Assembly: GCA_965221775.1 (NCBI GenBank)
Contig: CBDCSU010000006.1
Location: 768,001 to 832,000 of the forward strand
Direction of reading: 5' to 3'
DNA from: Candidatus Latescibacterota bacterium
Lineage (GTDB): Bacteria > Latescibacterota > UBA2968 > UBA8231
DNA length: 64,000 nt
The notes beneath the pieces are model-generated. The model saw nothing but the letters and a program-made list of their open reading frames with translations, made no database searches and was not told the origin of the DNA. Shown here in pieces: positions 1 to 9,545 of this stretch. The first letter of the stretch is position 1. Every line of letters begins with the position of its first letter. The position numbers were made by a program, and so were the translations under genes.

Positions 1-2
1 GC

Positions 3-668
3 GACCAGCGCATCAGCGACGAGGACCAGGTGCGGTTCACCTCGTACTTCGGCAGGCCCGTGGAGCACGTGCGCAAACAGCGCGAGCGCCGCGTCAAGGA
101 GATCTTCATCATCTCCAACGTGAAGGAGGACGGCGAGCCCATCGGCGCCCTCGGCAGCGAGCTGATCGACTTCCACTCCGACCTCTCCTACCTGCCCAAG
201 CCGGGGACGATCTCCCTGCTCTACGCCGTGGAGATCCCGCCCGCCGGCGGCGACACCCAATGGTGCGACGGCCGCGCCGCGTACGACGCCCTGCCGCCGG
301 AGCGCCAGGCCCAGGTGCGCAAGCTGCGCGCCGTGCACCGCCACCACGTGGACGAGCAGAACCCCCCCGAGCCGACGATCCATCCCGTGGTGCGGCGCCA
401 TCCCGAGACCGGGCGGCCGTCGCTCTACGTGAGCCCCCACCTGACCCACCACATCCACGGAGTCAGCGAGGAGGAGAGTCGCGCCATCCTGTCCGAGTTG
501 TATGCACACATGGACCAGCCGCGGTTCGTCTGGACCCACCAGTGGCGGGTGGGCGATCTGGTGATGTGGGACAACCGCCCCACCAGCCACCGGCGCCTGG
601 CCTTCCCGGACGATCAGCGCCGCATCATGAACCGCACCCAGATCTTCGGCGAGGAGGTGGTGGAGTGA
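3..668 (+). CDS. TauD/TfdA family Fe(II)/2-oxoglutarate dioxygenase (5' end outside window)
   Basis: HxD motif (FHSDLSY), GGDTQW, HPVVRRHPETGR and WDNRxxxH; frame is open from the window edge. Confidence 0.9.
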   Translation, partial: DQRISDEDQVRFTSYFGRPVEHVRKQRERRVKEIFIISNVKEDGEPIGALGSELIDFHSDLSYLPKPGTISLLYAVEIPPAGGDTQWCDGRAAYDALPPERQAQVRKLRAVHRHHVDEQNPPEPTIHPVVRRHPETGRPSLYVSPHLTHHIHGVSEEESRAILSELYAHMDQPRFVWTHQWRVGDLVMWDNRPTSHRRLAFPDDQRRIMNRTQIFGEEVVE

Positions 669-1393
669 AGCTCAAGGACCAGGTCATCATCGTCACCGGC
701 GGCGGCTCCGGCGCCGGCGCCGCCATCGTCGAAGGCTGCGTCCGCGAGGGAGCGCGGGTCGTGACCATGGGCCGCGACGAGGCCCGGCTGAAGGCCGCCT
801 GCGACAAGGCCGGCGAGGGAGCCCACCCCATGGCCGGCGACGTCCGCGACCGGGCCCGCGTGAAGGAGATCGTCGACTGGACCCTGACCGAGTTCGGGCG
901 CGTGGACGTGCTCGTCAACAACGCCGGCGTCAACGTCGTCGACCGCTCCCTGGAGAAGCTCTCCCCGGAGGACTGGGACCTGCAGATGGACATCAACGCC
1001 ACCGGCGCCTTCAACACCCTCCACGAAGTCCTGCCCATCATGCGCCGCCAGGGCGCCGGCCTCGTGATCGCCATCTCCTCCGTGGCCGGCACCGCCCCCG
1101 GCGTCCTCGCCGGCGCCGCCTACTCCGCCGCCAAGCACGCCATGTCCGTCGTCACCCAGACGGTGAATCTGGAGGAGGCGAAGCACGGCATCCGCGCCAG
1201 CGTCATCTCCCCCGGCGAGATCAACACCCCCATCCTCGACCAGCGGCCGGTGAAGGTCTCCGACGAGCACAAGGCGCGGATCCTGCAGTCCGAGGACATC
1301 GCCGACGTGGTCGTCTACGTGGCGGCGCTGCCGCGGCACGTGGTGATCTCCGAGTTGGTGATCAAGCCGCTGGGGCAGGGGTCCGTGGAGTGA
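665..1393 (+). CDS. SDR family oxidoreductase
   Basis: GTG overlaps upstream TGA; TGGGSGAG, NNAG and YSAAK motifs. Confidence 0.92.
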   Translation: MKLKDQVIIVTGGGSGAGAAIVEGCVREGARVVTMGRDEARLKAACDKAGEGAHPMAGDVRDRARVKEIVDWTLTEFGRVDVLVNNAGVNVVDRSLEKLSPEDWDLQMDINATGAFNTLHEVLPIMRRQGAGLVIAISSVAGTAPGVLAGAAYSAAKHAMSVVTQTVNLEEAKHGIRASVISPGEINTPILDQRPVKVSDEHKARILQSEDIADVVVYVAALPRHVVISELVIKPLGQGSVE

Positions 1394-1582
1394 GGGAGGG
1401 GCTGGAGGCCGGGATTTCTCGCCAGGGCGCCGACGGCAGAGTCGGTATTCGAGAGCTGTCAGCCCCGCCCCGATGTTCTCCAGCGGGCCCAGCAGATGCG
1501 GATCGCACCCGACATCATCGGCGGCGGCCTGTCGTAGGGCACTTCAATCCGGATCTCTTTCACGCCGCCTTGTTCGGCCGCC

Positions 1583-1643
1583 TTGCAAGTTTCACTATAT
1601 TACCTATATTCACCGAGTGCTGAAATCTGATGTTACAGTGAAA
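1583..1643 (+). promoter_or_regulatory. Putative sigma70 promoter (leaderless) with inverted repeat operator
   Basis: TTGCAA(1583)-16 nt-TATATT(1605); GTG start at 1617; inverted pair TTTCACT(1590)/AGTGAAA(1637); AT-rich patch in a GC-rich background. Confidence 0.5.
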
Positions 1644-2726
1644 TCAGCGGCCCACCGCGCCGTCGACGCGGTTCGCGAGCTGCTCCGCAACGTGCCGAGC
1701 GTGCAGGTCGAGTCCGCCAAGTATGAAGGAGACATCGGCCGCGACTACGGCGTGGACGGACTAGTCGCATTTGCCCACCGCGGCGGCAACTTCGCGCTCG
1801 TCGTCGAGGCGAAGTCCAACGGAGCCCCCCGCTTCGTCCGCTCCGGGGTCTATCAACTCGAGAGCTGCGTGGCTCGATTGCGCCGATCCGGTGAGGTAAA
1901 TGGCGGCAGGCGCCTCATTCCAATGATCGTCAGCCCCTACCTGTCTCCAGAATCCCGAGCCATCTGCCTGGACCACGACACCGCGTATCTCGATCTGGTC
2001 GGGAACGCGAGGCTCGCGTTCGACACCGTCTACATAGAGCGTGCCGTCGCGGAGAGGCCCGTCGCGGAAACCCGTGCGCTACGCTCGATCTTCACTCCGA
2101 AGGCGGCAGCGATCCTGCGAGTTCTGTTGCGCGAACCGGGACGCGCGTGGCGCGTCGCAGATCTGGCGGTGCAGGCGCAGGCGAGCTACGGCCATGTGAG
2201 TAATGTCCGCAAGGCTCTGCTGGCCCGCGAATGGATCGAGGTCGGGGATGACGGCGCTGTCCTCGTTCAACCGGACGCCCTACTGAAGACATGGCGCGCG
2301 TGCTATCGGCGCCCTGCCGGCGAGTCCATCACCGGATATACTCATCTCCATGGAAGGCAGCTCGACGAGCGGCTCCGGGGCAGGCTCAACCCGCATCCCG
2401 AGCGTCCGCGTGCCATCTACGCGCTGCACTCAGCCGCGCAGTGGCTTGCGCCTTTCGGCCGGGTCGGCACCCACGCTTTCTACGCCGACGAACCGGGCGC
2501 CGAAGCTCTGAGAGAGGCGTTGAAGCTGACGCACGCGGCCAGGGGCACGAACGTCGTGCTGCACATCCCAACGGATGAGAGCCTGTTCTACGACGCGAGC
2601 GAACCCGGACCGAACGTGTTCTGCACCAGTACCATCGTGACTTATCTCGATCTCTGGAACGGCAGCGACCGTGACCGCGAGGCGGCCGAACATCTCGCGG
2701 GCGAGTTCCTCCCATGGCTGAAGTAG
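1617..2726 (+). CDS. AbiEi-like type IV TA antitoxin / HTH transcriptional regulator
   Basis: N-terminal REase-like region (VVEAKSNG, SPYLS, YLDLVGN), central wHTH (WRVADLA...ASYGHVSNVRKAL), C-terminal YLDL..G.DR.REAAEHL; start chosen at GTG 1617. Confidence 0.65.
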   Translation: MLKSDVTVKSAAHRAVDAVRELLRNVPSVQVESAKYEGDIGRDYGVDGLVAFAHRGGNFALVVEAKSNGAPRFVRSGVYQLESCVARLRRSGEVNGGRRLIPMIVSPYLSPESRAICLDHDTAYLDLVGNARLAFDTVYIERAVAERPVAETRALRSIFTPKAAAILRVLLREPGRAWRVADLAVQAQASYGHVSNVRKALLAREWIEVGDDGAVLVQPDALLKTWRACYRRPAGESITGYTHLHGRQLDERLRGRLNPHPERPRAIYALHSAAQWLAPFGRVGTHAFYADEPGAEALREALKLTHAARGTNVVLHIPTDESLFYDASEPGPNVFCTSTIVTYLDLWNGSDRDREAAEHLAGEFLPWLK

Positions 2727-3571
2727 ACCCGCAATACGCCTCTGATTACAACGATCGCACCACGGTCGCCGTCAAGTCGGTGCTGGTCGAAATCGGGCAG
2801 ATCCTCGGCAGCTACCGGGGAAGATTCGCCGTGATCGGTGGGGCCGTCCCCTGGCTGCTGCTGAACGAGTCCGACATGCAGCACATTGGAACTCTGGACG
2901 TGGATCTCAGTCTGGATGCGGAAGCCTTGGGTGACGGCGAGTACGCCCAGCTTGTCGAGTCCCTCTTGAGTCAGGGTTACCACCAGTCCGAGAGGCGGCG
3001 CCGCTTTCAACTGGTGCGCACCGTGCCCGCCCGCGACGGCGGAGACGACATCGACATCATCGTCGACTTCCTGATGCCGCGCGACGCCACGATCGCGAAG
3101 AACACTCCTCCGCTCGTGGCCGACTTCGCGGTTCAGCGCGCCGACGGCGCGGATCTCGCCTTGAGGTTCTATCAGCTAGTCGCCATCGACGGCGACATGC
3201 CCGATGGCGGGGGCAACCGCGTCCAGATCGCCGTCGCGTCCATTCCCGCGCTGCTGGCCATGAAGGGCTACGCCATCGCGAGCCGCTTCAAACCGAAGGA
3301 CGCCTACGACATCTACTACAGCATCCGCAACTTCCCGGGCGGCATCGAGGCGCTCGTCGCGGCGACCGAGCCACTCCTCGAATACGAGACAGCGAGGACC
3401 GGCTATCTCCATGTCTCGGACAAATTCCGCCACTCGGACGATTTCGGTCCGACCAGGGTGCGGCACTTCGTCGACCGGCCCGAGATGCTCGAAGAGCGCA
3501 CCGCCGATCAATGGCAGCAGGACGCGTTCGGGCAGGTCGACGCTTGGCTCTCGGCGCTGGGCCTGAGGTGA
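2714..3571 (+). CDS. AbiEii-like nucleotidyltransferase (putative type IV TA toxin)
   Basis: VIGGAV...GTLDVDL Pol-beta NTase motif, LLAMKGYA and KDAYDIYY; overlaps the upstream gene by 13 nt. Confidence 0.7.
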   Translation: MAEVDPQYASDYNDRTTVAVKSVLVEIGQILGSYRGRFAVIGGAVPWLLLNESDMQHIGTLDVDLSLDAEALGDGEYAQLVESLLSQGYHQSERRRRFQLVRTVPARDGGDDIDIIVDFLMPRDATIAKNTPPLVADFAVQRADGADLALRFYQLVAIDGDMPDGGGNRVQIAVASIPALLAMKGYAIASRFKPKDAYDIYYSIRNFPGGIEALVAATEPLLEYETARTGYLHVSDKFRHSDDFGPTRVRHFVDRPEMLEERTADQWQQDAFGQVDAWLSALGLR

Positions 3572-3574
3572 TCC

Positions 3575-4474
3575 GTGGCCGCAGCGTCAAATGTCAGGAT
3601 CCGCTCGATGGACATCCCGACCATCGACAGGGTGTTCGGCATGGAAGACGGCTATGTGCTCAACTTCACCAACCAGACCTTCGCCGAGTTCTTTCACGAC
3701 GAGCTCGGCGTCAACATCTACGATGACCGTTGGGGGGCTCAAGGCAATAGCAAGGCGAACCGCCTTCGCTGCTACCTGCGAACAGCGGGCCGCCAGGCAG
3801 CACTCAAGGCCCTCAAGGCGCTATGGGAGTACCGCGAAGCGAGCAGCGTAACTGCCGACTATCCAGAACTCGAAGACAAGGTGCGCGCGGCCTACGTGCG
3901 AATCGTCCAGCGCCTCGGGGGCACGGAGGCGAAACCGGCGCCGACCGCCGCAGCTCAGAGAGAACAACGAGTCGATGTGGCCGTAACCTCTGCTCTCGCC
4001 GACCGCTTGGTCGAAGTCTCCACCTTGAACCCACAAGCTCGCGGCTATGCGTTCGAGGAGTTCCTGAAGGCCGTATTCGATGCCTACGGTATGGCCGCGC
4101 GCGCCTCCTTCCGTCTCAGGGGCGAGCAGATCGACGGCAGTTTCGTGCTCGCCGAACAGACCTACTTGCTCGAAGCCAGATGGAGGAACGCCAAGGTCGA
4201 TGTGGAAACCCTTCGTGCCTTCAATGGCAAGGTCGAGGAAAAGGCGAGCTGGTCGCGAGGCCTGATCATCAGCCAAAGCGGCTTCACGGAAGACGGACTG
4301 CATGCATTCGGCCGCGGCAAGCGGGTCATATGCATGGATGGACTCGACCTGCACGAAGTTCTCTCCGGCCGGCTCCACCTCGCTGATGTCATTACTCTGA
4401 AGGCTAGGCGCGCAGCAGAAACCGGCATGGCGCATGTCCCGGTGCGCGATCTCAATGTACCCGCCCTGAAATGA
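3575..4474 (+). CDS. Restriction endonuclease-like protein (AbiJ-type N-terminal domain + Mrr-like PD-(D/E)XK domain)
   Basis: GYVLNFTNQTFAEFF...GNSKANRLR N-domain; RGYAFE, EQIDGSF, YLLEARW and SGFT motifs. Confidence 0.7.
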   Translation: MAAASNVRIRSMDIPTIDRVFGMEDGYVLNFTNQTFAEFFHDELGVNIYDDRWGAQGNSKANRLRCYLRTAGRQAALKALKALWEYREASSVTADYPELEDKVRAAYVRIVQRLGGTEAKPAPTAAAQREQRVDVAVTSALADRLVEVSTLNPQARGYAFEEFLKAVFDAYGMAARASFRLRGEQIDGSFVLAEQTYLLEARWRNAKVDVETLRAFNGKVEEKASWSRGLIISQSGFTEDGLHAFGRGKRVICMDGLDLHEVLSGRLHLADVITLKARRAAETGMAHVPVRDLNVPALK

Positions 4475-4538
4475 GTTTCGTGGTAGCGCTGATCGGGCTG
4501 ACGACGGGGGCAACTCTGACCGGGTTCCGACCGCGACC

Positions 4539-4658
4539 GACGAGATCGAGCGGCATCTGGACCCGTGGAGGCAGCAACGGGTTCTCGCCGATCTCGCGAG
4601 GCCTTCCCGAATACCAGTTTCATCGCATCCACCCACAGCACCGCAGGTGCTGACGACC
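4539..4658 (+). pseudogene. Degenerate duplicate fragment of ABC/AAA ATPase Walker B-H-loop region
   Basis: With two 1-nt frame corrections it reads DEIERHLDPWRQQRVLADLA-AFPNTSFIASTHS-PQVLTT, paralleling 4842-4961. Confidence 0.7.
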
Positions 4659-5285
4659 GCGGATACGGACGGTGAGACTGATGTCCACCAAACGGGGGCA
4701 ACTCCAGAGAAGCTCTCTCTTGACCAGTTGGGCGGCGGCCATCTCATTGCGCTGGCGCTGGCGGCCGATCTGGCTCGACGGGATGGCGCAGGGAACCCGC
4801 ACCTGGATGATCCCCGCCATTCCGAGGCGATCGTCCTGATCGACGAGGTGGAACTCCACCTGCATCCGCGGTGGCAGCAGCGAATCCTGGGCGATCTGGT
4901 CCGCACCTTTCCCAACACCCAGTTCATCGTATCAACTCACAGCCCGCAGGTGCTGACCACGGTCGAACCTCACCGGATCGTGGAACTGTCTCACGACGGC
5001 GACCGTATCGTCGCCGGGACTCCCGCCGGGCCGACATTTGGAGCCGAGGCCGGGGACGTTCTCTCCGTGGTGATGGGCGTAGACGAACGGCCGCCGGAGA
5101 ACGCCTTCACAAGAGCCCTGGATCAGTATCGTCGCCTGCTCAGGGAGGAGCGGTCGGAGTCCGAAGAAGCCCTGGCCCTGCGGGCGAGCCTGGAAGAGAT
5201 GTCCCCCTACGATCCAGCCCTCGATCGTGCCGACCTTGAAATCCGTCGACGCAAGCTGTTCAGGCAGCGCGCCGAGTCCCGGTGA
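4647..5285 (+). pseudogene. C-terminal half of PtuA/AAA_21-like ABC ATPase (Walker A missing)
   Basis: Degenerate signature (QLGGG), IVLIDEVELHLHPRWQ, FIVSTHSPQ; no GxxGxGKS upstream. Confidence 0.75.
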
Positions 5286-5410
5286 AGGAGACTCGCGAAG
5301 ATATCCTGGCAGAAGATCCCCAGGAGTGGATCTGAGGCACTCAGGACCTCCACCGCGTGGTGCCGCCCGGGTCTCATGCCGCCCGGCTTGCAGTCGGGCG
5401 GTCCCCCCCC

Positions 5411-5485
5411 TTGACAATCCCCGGCCTTGCCAACAGATTCGTTGCCAACGGTCTTGTTGCCAACGGATGCGTTGGAAAGGAGAGT
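5411..5485 (+). promoter_or_regulatory. Sigma70-type promoter overlapped by 15-bp-period GTTGCCAAC repeats
   Basis: TTGACA(5411)-17 nt-CAGATT(5434); repeat units at 5426, 5441, 5456 and a degenerate unit at 5471; RBS AGGAGA at 5478. Confidence 0.6.
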
Positions 5486-5490
5486 TGGTG

Positions 5491-6750
5491 GTGCTCAAGA
5501 AAGCAGGGGCCAACTGGGTCGAGGGGGATCGATTCTTCGGCCGGGAGGTAGAACTCCAGGCCCTTTCCGAGCGGGTCGGGGACGGCACCCACACCCTGCT
5601 GACCGCGCAGCGACGGATGGGCAAGACGAGCCTGGTCCGGGAGCTGCTGCGCCGTCTGAAGCAGGAGGGCCGGTTCGAGACGGTCTTCGTCGACTTGGAG
5701 GACGCCGGCACCCCGGCGGACGCCGTCGCAGAGATCGGGGCCCGGTCGAGACCTGTGCAGGGCGTCTGGCGGCAACTCAAGTCCTGGTTGGTCAACAACT
5801 TATCCGAGGTAGGGATCGGCGCCCGGCTGGAGGAAATGCCCGCCCATGAGGTGTGGGTGAAGCTCCGGGCGGGGATCGACGCCGGGAACTGGCGCCAGAA
5901 GGGGGACGAGGTCTTCTCGGCCCTCGCCCAGAACGACCGCCCTGTCGTGCTCGCCATCGACGAGCTGCCGATCCTCGTCAACCGGCTGCTCAAGGGGACT
6001 GACCACCGCATTACTCCCGAGCGGCAGAGGGCGGTTGACGAGTTCATGGCCTGGCTCCGCAAGAACGGCCAGGCCCATCGGAACCGGGTCATCCTGATCC
6101 TCGCCGGCAGCGTCAGCCTGGAACCGATCCTGGCGCAGGCGGAGCTGAGCGCTCACGCCAACATCTACTCCCCTCTCGATCTGAAGCCCTGGGACGATGA
6201 GACGGCCGCCAACTGTCTGGCGGCGCTGGCGCAGACCTACGGCCTCGACCTGCCCCTCGATGTCTGCCGGGAGATGTGCCGCCGGCTGCGGTGCCAGATT
6301 CCCAACCACGTGCAGCAGTTCTTCGACAACCTCCGCGAGCACCTGCGCCGCGCCGGCCGGCGCGAGGCCACGATGGAAGACGTAGGGCGCGTGTACAACC
6401 AGATGCTCGGCGCCCGGGGGCAGATGGATCTGGAGCATTACGAGGGCCGGCTGAAGATGGTACTGGGGAGGACGGGCTATCGGACCGCGCTAGAGATTCT
6501 GACAGAGTCCGCCATCGGTGACGGCTTGCTGAGCGACGATACGATCAGCCGCTATCGCGAGTATCTCCAGGGTGAGTCCCGGGACGAGGCCGAGGCGGGT
6601 CCGGTCCCGTTGGAGGACGTGCTCCGTGTGCTCGAACACGACGGGTACCTGGCGCGGCATGGGGACGGCTACCGGTTCGTTTCCGGCCTGCTCGAAGACT
6701 GGTGGCGCGCCCGGCACAGCCGGCACTTCGTCCCCATCGAACAGCGATGA
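5491..6750 (+). CDS. STAND/AAA-like ATPase with C-terminal winged helix
   Basis: FFGRE, Walker A AQRRMGKTS, Walker B LAIDE, sensor ILAGS, C-terminal LEHDGYL..YRF.SGLL.DWW; RBS-supported GTG (5488 or 5491). Confidence 0.85.
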   Translation: MLKKAGANWVEGDRFFGREVELQALSERVGDGTHTLLTAQRRMGKTSLVRELLRRLKQEGRFETVFVDLEDAGTPADAVAEIGARSRPVQGVWRQLKSWLVNNLSEVGIGARLEEMPAHEVWVKLRAGIDAGNWRQKGDEVFSALAQNDRPVVLAIDELPILVNRLLKGTDHRITPERQRAVDEFMAWLRKNGQAHRNRVILILAGSVSLEPILAQAELSAHANIYSPLDLKPWDDETAANCLAALAQTYGLDLPLDVCREMCRRLRCQIPNHVQQFFDNLREHLRRAGRREATMEDVGRVYNQMLGARGQMDLEHYEGRLKMVLGRTGYRTALEILTESAIGDGLLSDDTISRYREYLQGESRDEAEAGPVPLEDVLRVLEHDGYLARHGDGYRFVSGLLEDWWRARHSRHFVPIEQR

Positions 6751-9545
6751 CCATCCCTGTCAGGAAGTACAACCCGGGGTTCCTCACCGACGAGGAACTG
6801 ACGGCCTCGTTCTGCGTTCGGAAGGCCGAGTTCGACTCCATGACCGAGATCCTCCGCGAATGCATCGGCGCCTCGAATCCGCACCAGATCGTGATCGGCC
6901 CGCGCGGAAGCGGCAAGACCAGCCTGCTCCTGCGAGTCGCGGCCGAGGTTCGCCGGGACCCGGAGCTATCTGCCCGCTTCCAACCCGTCGTCTTTGCCGA
7001 GGAGAGCTACGAAGTCGCCAGCACCGGGGAGTTCTGGCTGGAAGCCCTCGCCCGTCTGGCGGACCAAGCGCCGGCCCGGGAGGACGCTCCGGATCTGCAC
7101 CGCACCCTGGAAGACCTGCGCACCATCCAGGACGACCAAACCCTCGGCGACCGCTGCCTCGCCGCGCTTCTCGACTTCTCCGACCGCGAGGACAAGCGGC
7201 TCGTGCTGATGGTCGAGAACCTGAACTCCATGTTCCGCGACATGTCGGACCGCGACGCCGGCTGGCGGCTGCGCAAGATCCTCCAGACCGAGCCGCGCAT
7301 CATCCTGCTCGCCAGCGCCACCAGCCGCTTTGACGAGATCGACCACCCGGACCACGCCCTCTACGACTTGCTCCGTGTCCGCACGCTGGAACCGCTCGAC
7401 ACCAAGGAGTGCCAGGTGCTGTGGGAGACAGTCTCCGGCGCTCCCCCACCGCGCCAGACGATTCGGCCTCTCGAAATCCTCACCGGCGGCAACCCGCGCC
7501 TCGTGGCCATCGTAGCCAGCTTCGGAGCAGAGCTTTCCTTCCGCGCGTTGATGGACGACCTCCTCGACCTCGTGGACGAGCATACGGAGTACTTCAAGCG
7601 CCACATTGAGGCTCTCCCCCCCCAAGAGCGGCGGGTCTACCTGGCGCTGGCGGACCTGTGGAAGCCGGCCACCACGAGGGAGATCACCGAGCGCTCGCGG
7701 ATCGATACAAGCAAGTGCAGCGCCCAGCTCACCCGCCTCATCGAGCGGGGCGTAGTCCAGGTGACCGGCGGCAGCCTGCGCCGCAAGCAGTACTACCTGA
7801 CCGAGCGGCTGTACAACATCTACTACCTGCTGCGCCGCAATGGCGGTCCCGACTCTCTGATCCAGGCCCTCATCCGGTTCATGGAGTCGTTCTACTCCCG
7901 GTCCGCCCTGAGAGACATCGGCGAGAGAATCGCCCAGGAGGGGCGAGGCCTAGACGGGGAGCGGCGATCGCTGCACCGGACGGCGCTTGAAGTGCTGGTT
8001 CAGCTACCGGGTCTGGCCGGGCATCGAGAGGAGTTGCTTGCGCTCCTTTCCGAGGACGAACACGAAGAGCTGGCGGCTGCGAAGCCGCTGTTGCACAGAG
8101 CGGTCGAGCTGCAGAAACAAGACCGGCTGGTGGAGTCGCTGGCCACCTGGGACGAGGTGGTGCGGCGGTTAGGGGACGGCCGGTCACCAGACGTCTGCCA
8201 ACTGGTCGCCATAGCCCACTACTGCAGAGGGGAGGCTCTCGGAGAGCTGGGCCGATGGGAGGAAGCACTTGCGGGACATGAGGAAGCGCTGGCCGCCTAT
8301 GGGGAGGTGGAACGGCGATGGGGCGGGGATACGGAGGTGGATGTCGAGATGGTCACCGACGCTCTTCTCAGTAAGGGGGTCGCTCTCGCCCAGCTCGACA
8401 GGACGGAGGAATCGCTTGCCGTCTTTGGGGAGGTGGTGCGGCGATTCGGCGGGTGTCCTTTGCCAGAGGTCCTCGAACAGGTCGCCGCAGCCCTCTTCTG
8501 CATGGGTGTTGCCCTCGCCATCCTGAACCGACCCGAGGAGGCACTGGCCGCGTATGAGCTGGTGGAGCGGCGACTCGGAGGGAGCGACACGGAGGAACAT
8601 CTGGCGTTGCTCGCCAGGACCATCCTCAACAAGGGTGCTGCCCTCTACGAACTGGGCCGGACCCACGAATCGCTGGCTGTCTACGAGGAGGTCGTGCGCC
8701 GATTCGAGGAGAGCGAATCACCGGATAGTCTCCAGATGGTTGCCAATGCCCTTGTCAACAAGGGCGCCGCGCTTGGCGAGCTGGAGCGGCCGGAGGAAGA
8801 ACTGGCCGCCTTTGAGGAGGTGATACAGCGATTCGGTGAGAGCGGGATACCCGCCCTTGCCGAACCGTTGGCAGTGGCCTTCACCTACAAGGGGATGACA
8901 CTGGGACAACAGAACAGGACAGAGGAAGCCCTGGCTGCTCTTGAGGAAGTTGAACGGCGTTTTGGGGCAGATGACTCCCCCCCACTGCGTGCACGGGTCG
9001 AGGAGGCGCTCCTGGAGAAAGCCGAACTCCAGCTGGAATGCCGCCGATATGAGGCAGCCGCATCTACTGCTGGCCGGGTACTCGACGAGAGCAGCACGAA
9101 ATCACTGGAGAACCGCTGGCGCGGTCACGTGATACGGGCCAAGGCGAGCCTTCGCAACGGTGATCCGACCTGCTGCCGGAGGGAGATCAAGGAAGTTCTC
9201 CGGGTCCTTCCGCAGTTCAAGACCCTGCCTGAAGAGTGCTCCTACGAACTGATGCACTTCAGCATCAGGCTCGGCCTGGAGCCCATGGTCGAACTAGTCC
9301 AGGGCTCTCCATCAGCGAACCTTCTGCTGCCGTTCACCACGGCGCTGGAACAGGAACTCGGCCGCACGCCCCGGGTGGCGCAGGAGATCGCTGAGGTTGC
9401 CTGGGACATCCGCCAGAAACTGGCGACGCTGAGAAATCTGCTAGCACAATTCGGGAGTGAGGCTACTTCTGGTATGCACGCAGATGGCATCGACAGGCAT
9501 TCCACAGATTTGGGGGTGAAGGAGAATCATGGAACACAGGACTGA
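6747..9545 (+). CDS. ATPase (STAND-like) + wHTH + TPR-repeat protein
   Basis: ATGA overlap; Walker A GPRGSGKTS, atypical Walker B (LMVENL), TGGNPR, wHTH (TTREITERSRIDTSKCSAQLTRLIERG), 7 clear and 1 degenerate ~45-aa TPR-like repeats. Confidence 0.85.
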   Translation: MTIPVRKYNPGFLTDEELTASFCVRKAEFDSMTEILRECIGASNPHQIVIGPRGSGKTSLLLRVAAEVRRDPELSARFQPVVFAEESYEVASTGEFWLEALARLADQAPAREDAPDLHRTLEDLRTIQDDQTLGDRCLAALLDFSDREDKRLVLMVENLNSMFRDMSDRDAGWRLRKILQTEPRIILLASATSRFDEIDHPDHALYDLLRVRTLEPLDTKECQVLWETVSGAPPPRQTIRPLEILTGGNPRLVAIVASFGAELSFRALMDDLLDLVDEHTEYFKRHIEALPPQERRVYLALADLWKPATTREITERSRIDTSKCSAQLTRLIERGVVQVTGGSLRRKQYYLTERLYNIYYLLRRNGGPDSLIQALIRFMESFYSRSALRDIGERIAQEGRGLDGERRSLHRTALEVLVQLPGLAGHREELLALLSEDEHEELAAAKPLLHRAVELQKQDRLVESLATWDEVVRRLGDGRSPDVCQLVAIAHYCRGEALGELGRWEEALAGHEEALAAYGEVERRWGGDTEVDVEMVTDALLSKGVALAQLDRTEESLAVFGEVVRRFGGCPLPEVLEQVAAALFCMGVALAILNRPEEALAAYELVERRLGGSDTEEHLALLARTILNKGAALYELGRTHESLAVYEEVVRRFEESESPDSLQMVANALVNKGAALGELERPEEELAAFEEVIQRFGESGIPALAEPLAVAFTYKGMTLGQQNRTEEALAALEEVERRFGADDSPPLRARVEEALLEKAELQLECRRYEAAASTAGRVLDESSTKSLENRWRGHVIRAKASLRNGDPTCCRREIKEVLRVLPQFKTLPEECSYELMHFSIRLGLEPMVELVQGSPSANLLLPFTTALEQELGRTPRVAQEIAEVAWDIRQKLATLRNLLAQFGSEATSGMHADGIDRHSTDLGVKENHGTQD

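Noticed and set aside
4474-5400. Intact Septu or retron (Ec78-like) system
   Set aside because: The ATPase lacks Walker A; no HNH gene, reverse transcriptase or recognisable msr/msd is present
5426-5485. 15-bp periodic repeats as a mini-CRISPR array
   Set aside because: The 9-bp repeats and 6-bp spacers are far too short, and there are no cas genes
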